DNA from: a bacterium
GTDB lineage: Bacteria > Patescibacteriota > Microgenomatia > UBA1400 > UBA12108
Direction of reading: 5' to 3'
DNA: 48,272 nt
NCBI GenBank assembly: GCA_043809365.1
Contig: JAZDDW010000009.1
Coordinates: 1 to 48,272, forward strand
The position numbers and the translations under genes were made by a program. The notes under the pieces were generated by a model. The model did no database searches, was not told the origin of the DNA, and saw only the letters and a program-made list of their open reading frames with translations. This document shows positions 46,061 through 48,272 of the stretch, piece by piece; positions within the stretch are counted from its first letter, which is position 1; each line of letters opens with the position of its first letter.

Positions 46061-46771
46061 ATGAAATTTAATAATAGAAAAATCCTATCCAAACTCTTGA
46101 TAATCCTAACCTTGGTCGCACTATTGTTAAGTTCGTCATACTTTGCTAAACAGAATAAACTCACCAGAAAAGAATTGAATACACTTAAGCAATCATACAA
46201 ATATACAAACGGTACTGATGACTTGCGATGGGCAACGCCCAATCAATACATTAGCGATCTACTGTTATCTCCATCATTACTCAAACTAGTTACTATAAAC
46301 AATTATCATGTTGACAATTATCAGTGCATTGAATCTGTTGGAAACACAACGAGAGACAGTATTAAACAGTTAACTCTTGGGGAAAAAACATTGGAAAGAG
46401 GCTTAAATGATATTGAGAACCATATTTATACAACACCATTAGTCGATCAAAGAGGTGATTCACTACACCCAATTAAATCAAGCTACGATATTGAATATTC
46501 CAGCATTTGTAGAATTACCGAGAGTGAATACGTAGTAATATATCTCACAACAAATCAACATAATGTTGGCATTACCAACCTAGTTTCGAATGTAAAAGCA
46601 GGTGGAGGATGGCTAGGTGATTCTCATATGGCAGTCATAACAAAAAAAGACACAAAAATATTTGAGAGATTTCCTTTTACCGCAAAGTTAATCAATCTAC
46701 CCAGACATCCAAATGGTGCTGAAAAATCGGCCGATTTATGGCATATTATCGGTGTGGTAATCTGGTCATGA
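46061..46771 (+). CDS. Membrane-anchored hypothetical protein in an AT-rich island
   Basis: The N-terminal TM helix is ILSKLLIILTLVALLLSSSYF. No family was recognised. The base composition is visibly more AT-rich than in the flanking genes. Confidence 0.45.
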   Translation: MKFNNRKILSKLLIILTLVALLLSSSYFAKQNKLTRKELNTLKQSYKYTNGTDDLRWATPNQYISDLLLSPSLLKLVTINNYHVDNYQCIESVGNTTRDSIKQLTLGEKTLERGLNDIENHIYTTPLVDQRGDSLHPIKSSYDIEYSSICRITESEYVVIYLTTNQHNVGITNLVSNVKAGGGWLGDSHMAVITKKDTKIFERFPFTAKLINLPRHPNGAEKSADLWHIIGVVIWS

Positions 46772-46950
46772 TAGGGGATAAACATTATGTTATCCAATGC
46801 TCGGGAAATGTTTATGCATACAACAAAAATAAAGAATCCTTTTCGGAAATAGCGATTTGTGGCAATGAAATTGATGACGAGAATATTAACATCCTTGGTA
46901 GATACAAGTGTTTTGACGAGAGTGGTAAGGTATATATCACTCGAGATTGA
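46768..46950 (+). CDS. Small (60 aa) hypothetical protein coupled to the preceding ORF
   Basis: ATG 46768 overlaps the upstream TGA (ATGA). The track start at 46738 would overlap by 34 nt. The protein contains 3 Cys. Confidence 0.3.
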   Translation: MIGDKHYVIQCSGNVYAYNKNKESFSEIAICGNEIDDENINILGRYKCFDESGKVYITRD

Positions 46951-46997
46951 ATTCAATAGTTTCCCGACACAATTTGAATATAGGGTGTTACCATGTT

Positions 46998-47207
46998 TTA
47001 AAACATGAAAACACTCACTAGCCAGTTAGTTCCTAATCCCATCAGCAGAAACCGCGTCACCTTGCCCAGGAATGAGGCCACAAACATTTTGGCAAAAGGG
47101 AATCCCAAGTAACCCGCAATTAGTCCCACAAAATCAAAAGGGATCGGCATAATCGACCAAAATAAGAGGGCCCAGATTCCGTATTTTTTGATCCCTTGCT
47201 GTACGGG
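46998..47207 (-). pseudogene. 3' fragment of a DedA/VTT-family membrane protein gene, cut off at the IS end
   Basis: Hand translation of the minus strand gives PVQQGIKKYGIWALLFWSIMPIPFDFVGLIAGYLGFPFAKMFVASFLGKVTRFLLMGLGTNWLVSVFMF*. The frame is closed by a TGA inside the IS terminal repeat. It is missing from the ORF track because the longest Met-initiated piece is about 50 aa. Confidence 0.55.
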
Positions 47208-47226
47208 TCACATACATATTGCACTC
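47207..47226. repeat. Terminal inverted repeat of the IS (downstream of the transposase stop)
   Basis: gtcacatacatattgcactc matches the reverse complement of 48245..48265 with one indel. Confidence 0.75.
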
Positions 47227-48228
47227 TCAAGTAAAACTATTAAGTGCGGCCATCGGGGTTTGATAGTTCAGCGAAGCGTGTGGCCTCACAAAATTGTACC
47301 ACTCCAGATACTTGGCTAGTTTGATGGTTGCAGATTCTCTGTCGCACCACCACTCTCTAGTTCTCTCCACATGTTCTTCTTGAAAGGTTCTGTTGAATCT
47401 CTCGATCACTCCATTAATCCTCGGAGACCTGGGATAACTGAATAGATGTTTGATGTCCAAGCTCTCCAGGTAGTTGTGGAAGTCACCCAAGAACTCACTC
47501 CCATTATCAGTTTGCACTGTGTGGATTTTGATGTTGTGGAGACTTATGAAGTGAGAGAGTACTAGGGTGGTGTTATATGCAGAGGCGGTCTTAACGGCCT
47601 CTGCATAAGCTACCTTAGTGGCTAGATCAATGATCGTCACAAAGACTAGTTTGCTGGTATCGACCATCACATGGACACAATCGATCTCTAGGTATCCAGG
47701 AATCACTATCTTTGGAGCATATTTGACTCTTTCTCTCTGGAATCTTAGTCTCCTGGTGCGTTTCGTTTTCTCAAAGAAATAGTTATACCGCTTCACAATT
47801 TTGCCAATCTTTCCTGGAGAATATGAGGCAACACCAAGTGTGTTCGCATATGCATCAAGGAGTACCTTGAGTTTGTATTTCCCAACTCTCCCATACTCCT
47901 CTCTGAGCTCTTTGATGAAGAGGACAAGGCGATCATCCACTAACATTCGCCTTGTCCTCTTGGGGCGTGTAGAGCGTGGCACAAGCGAAGCCAGACGACC
48001 ACTCCCACCTAGCTGTTTCTTCCAATAATAGAATGATCGTCTAGAGATCCCAAATGCTGAGATAGCTGCCGCCACTCCGTACTTGGAACCATGCTCTAGA
48101 ACATGAAAATGGAACTGAGCCGGATCACTGGACTCGTATTTGAGAGAGCTGATTAATGTTTTCATCGCCCGATTGTACCCGGGCTTAAACTTCGGCAATA
48201 TATACCGCAAACGAGGAACATCTGACAT
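47227..48228 (-). CDS. DDE transposase (HTH + rve integrase core), IS481-family-like
   Basis: The D...D(35)E triad is present: LEIDCVHV, VQTDNGSEF, and NGVIERFN exactly 35 residues after the second D. The C-terminus contains YNFVRPHASL. Confidence 0.88.
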   Translation of the reverse strand: MSDVPRLRYILPKFKPGYNRAMKTLISSLKYESSDPAQFHFHVLEHGSKYGVAAAISAFGISRRSFYYWKKQLGGSGRLASLVPRSTRPKRTRRMLVDDRLVLFIKELREEYGRVGKYKLKVLLDAYANTLGVASYSPGKIGKIVKRYNYFFEKTKRTRRLRFQRERVKYAPKIVIPGYLEIDCVHVMVDTSKLVFVTIIDLATKVAYAEAVKTASAYNTTLVLSHFISLHNIKIHTVQTDNGSEFLGDFHNYLESLDIKHLFSYPRSPRINGVIERFNRTFQEEHVERTREWWCDRESATIKLAKYLEWYNFVRPHASLNYQTPMAALNSFT

Positions 48229-48244
48229 ATATCACTCCCTTCGG

Positions 48245-48265
48245 GAGTGCAATATGTATCGTGAC
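48245..48265. repeat. Terminal inverted repeat of the IS (upstream of the transposase start)
   Basis: gagtgcaatatgtatcgtgac. Its inner part forms one arm of the hairpin at 48233..48249. Confidence 0.75.
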
Positions 48266-48272
48266 TTATTCA

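Larger units (their letters stand above)
47207..48265 (-). mobile_element. IS481-like insertion sequence (1059 bp, single DDE transposase, roughly 20-bp terminal inverted repeats)
   Basis: The IRs are GTCACATACATATTGCACTC (47207..47226) and the reverse complement of GAGTGCAATATGTATCGTGAC (48245..48265), identical except for one extra base. A single ORF fills the element. Confidence 0.75.

Noticed and set aside
46992-47007. A perfect 16-nt palindrome, CATGTTTTAAAACATG, considered as a bidirectional terminator between convergent ORFs.
   Set aside because: It is almost all A/T with only two GC pairs, so the hairpin would be very weak. It also overlaps the stop codon of the DedA fragment. The evidence is insufficient for a terminator call.

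Overview
The window is a gene-dense, mostly minus-strand stretch of a small, Gram-positive-like genome. An origin in a reduced-genome lineage such as CPR/Patescibacteria is an inference, not proven. The standard genetic code applies, since TGA is used as a stop, including in ATGA overlaps. The core is housekeeping: rpoB-rpoC-rpsL-rpsG, alaS...ruvX-mltG, a Lon-like AAA-ung-rnj-ftsK-rodZ block, nusA-infB, rpsO-pnp, truB, sodA, tgt, nfo, a dnaJ-like gene and a MacAB-type ABC exporter. Several core proteins are short (AlaRS 593 aa, IF2 472 aa, TruB 228 aa). No rRNA, tRNA or CRISPR array was seen.

Accessory content:
- a HEPN/nucleotidyltransferase pair wedged between mltG and rpoB;
- a vapBC pair with a palindromic operator;
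- an ATP-cone/PD-(D/E)xK nuclease coupled to a transporter and to a signal-peptidase/CAP fusion;
- two coupled surface proteins (Cys-rich, Ser-Pro linkers, C-terminal LPEAG signal);
- a sortase plus a 695-aa membrane protein inserted into the alaS-ruvX-mltG cluster;
- a Lon AAA+ module without a protease domain;
- an L,D-transpeptidase gene split at an A5 homopolymer;
- an AT-rich two-gene cassette next to a 1059-bp IS481-like element that abuts a DedA-family gene fragment.

The strongest non-coding signal is a repeated (TGn)TAnnnT box placed 6-7 nt before the ATG of many operon-first genes, which suggests leaderless mRNAs. Two exceptions carry structured leaders: nusA, and a G-rich element upstream of the VIT1-family gene. 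All family assignments are motif recognition by eye; no database search was run.
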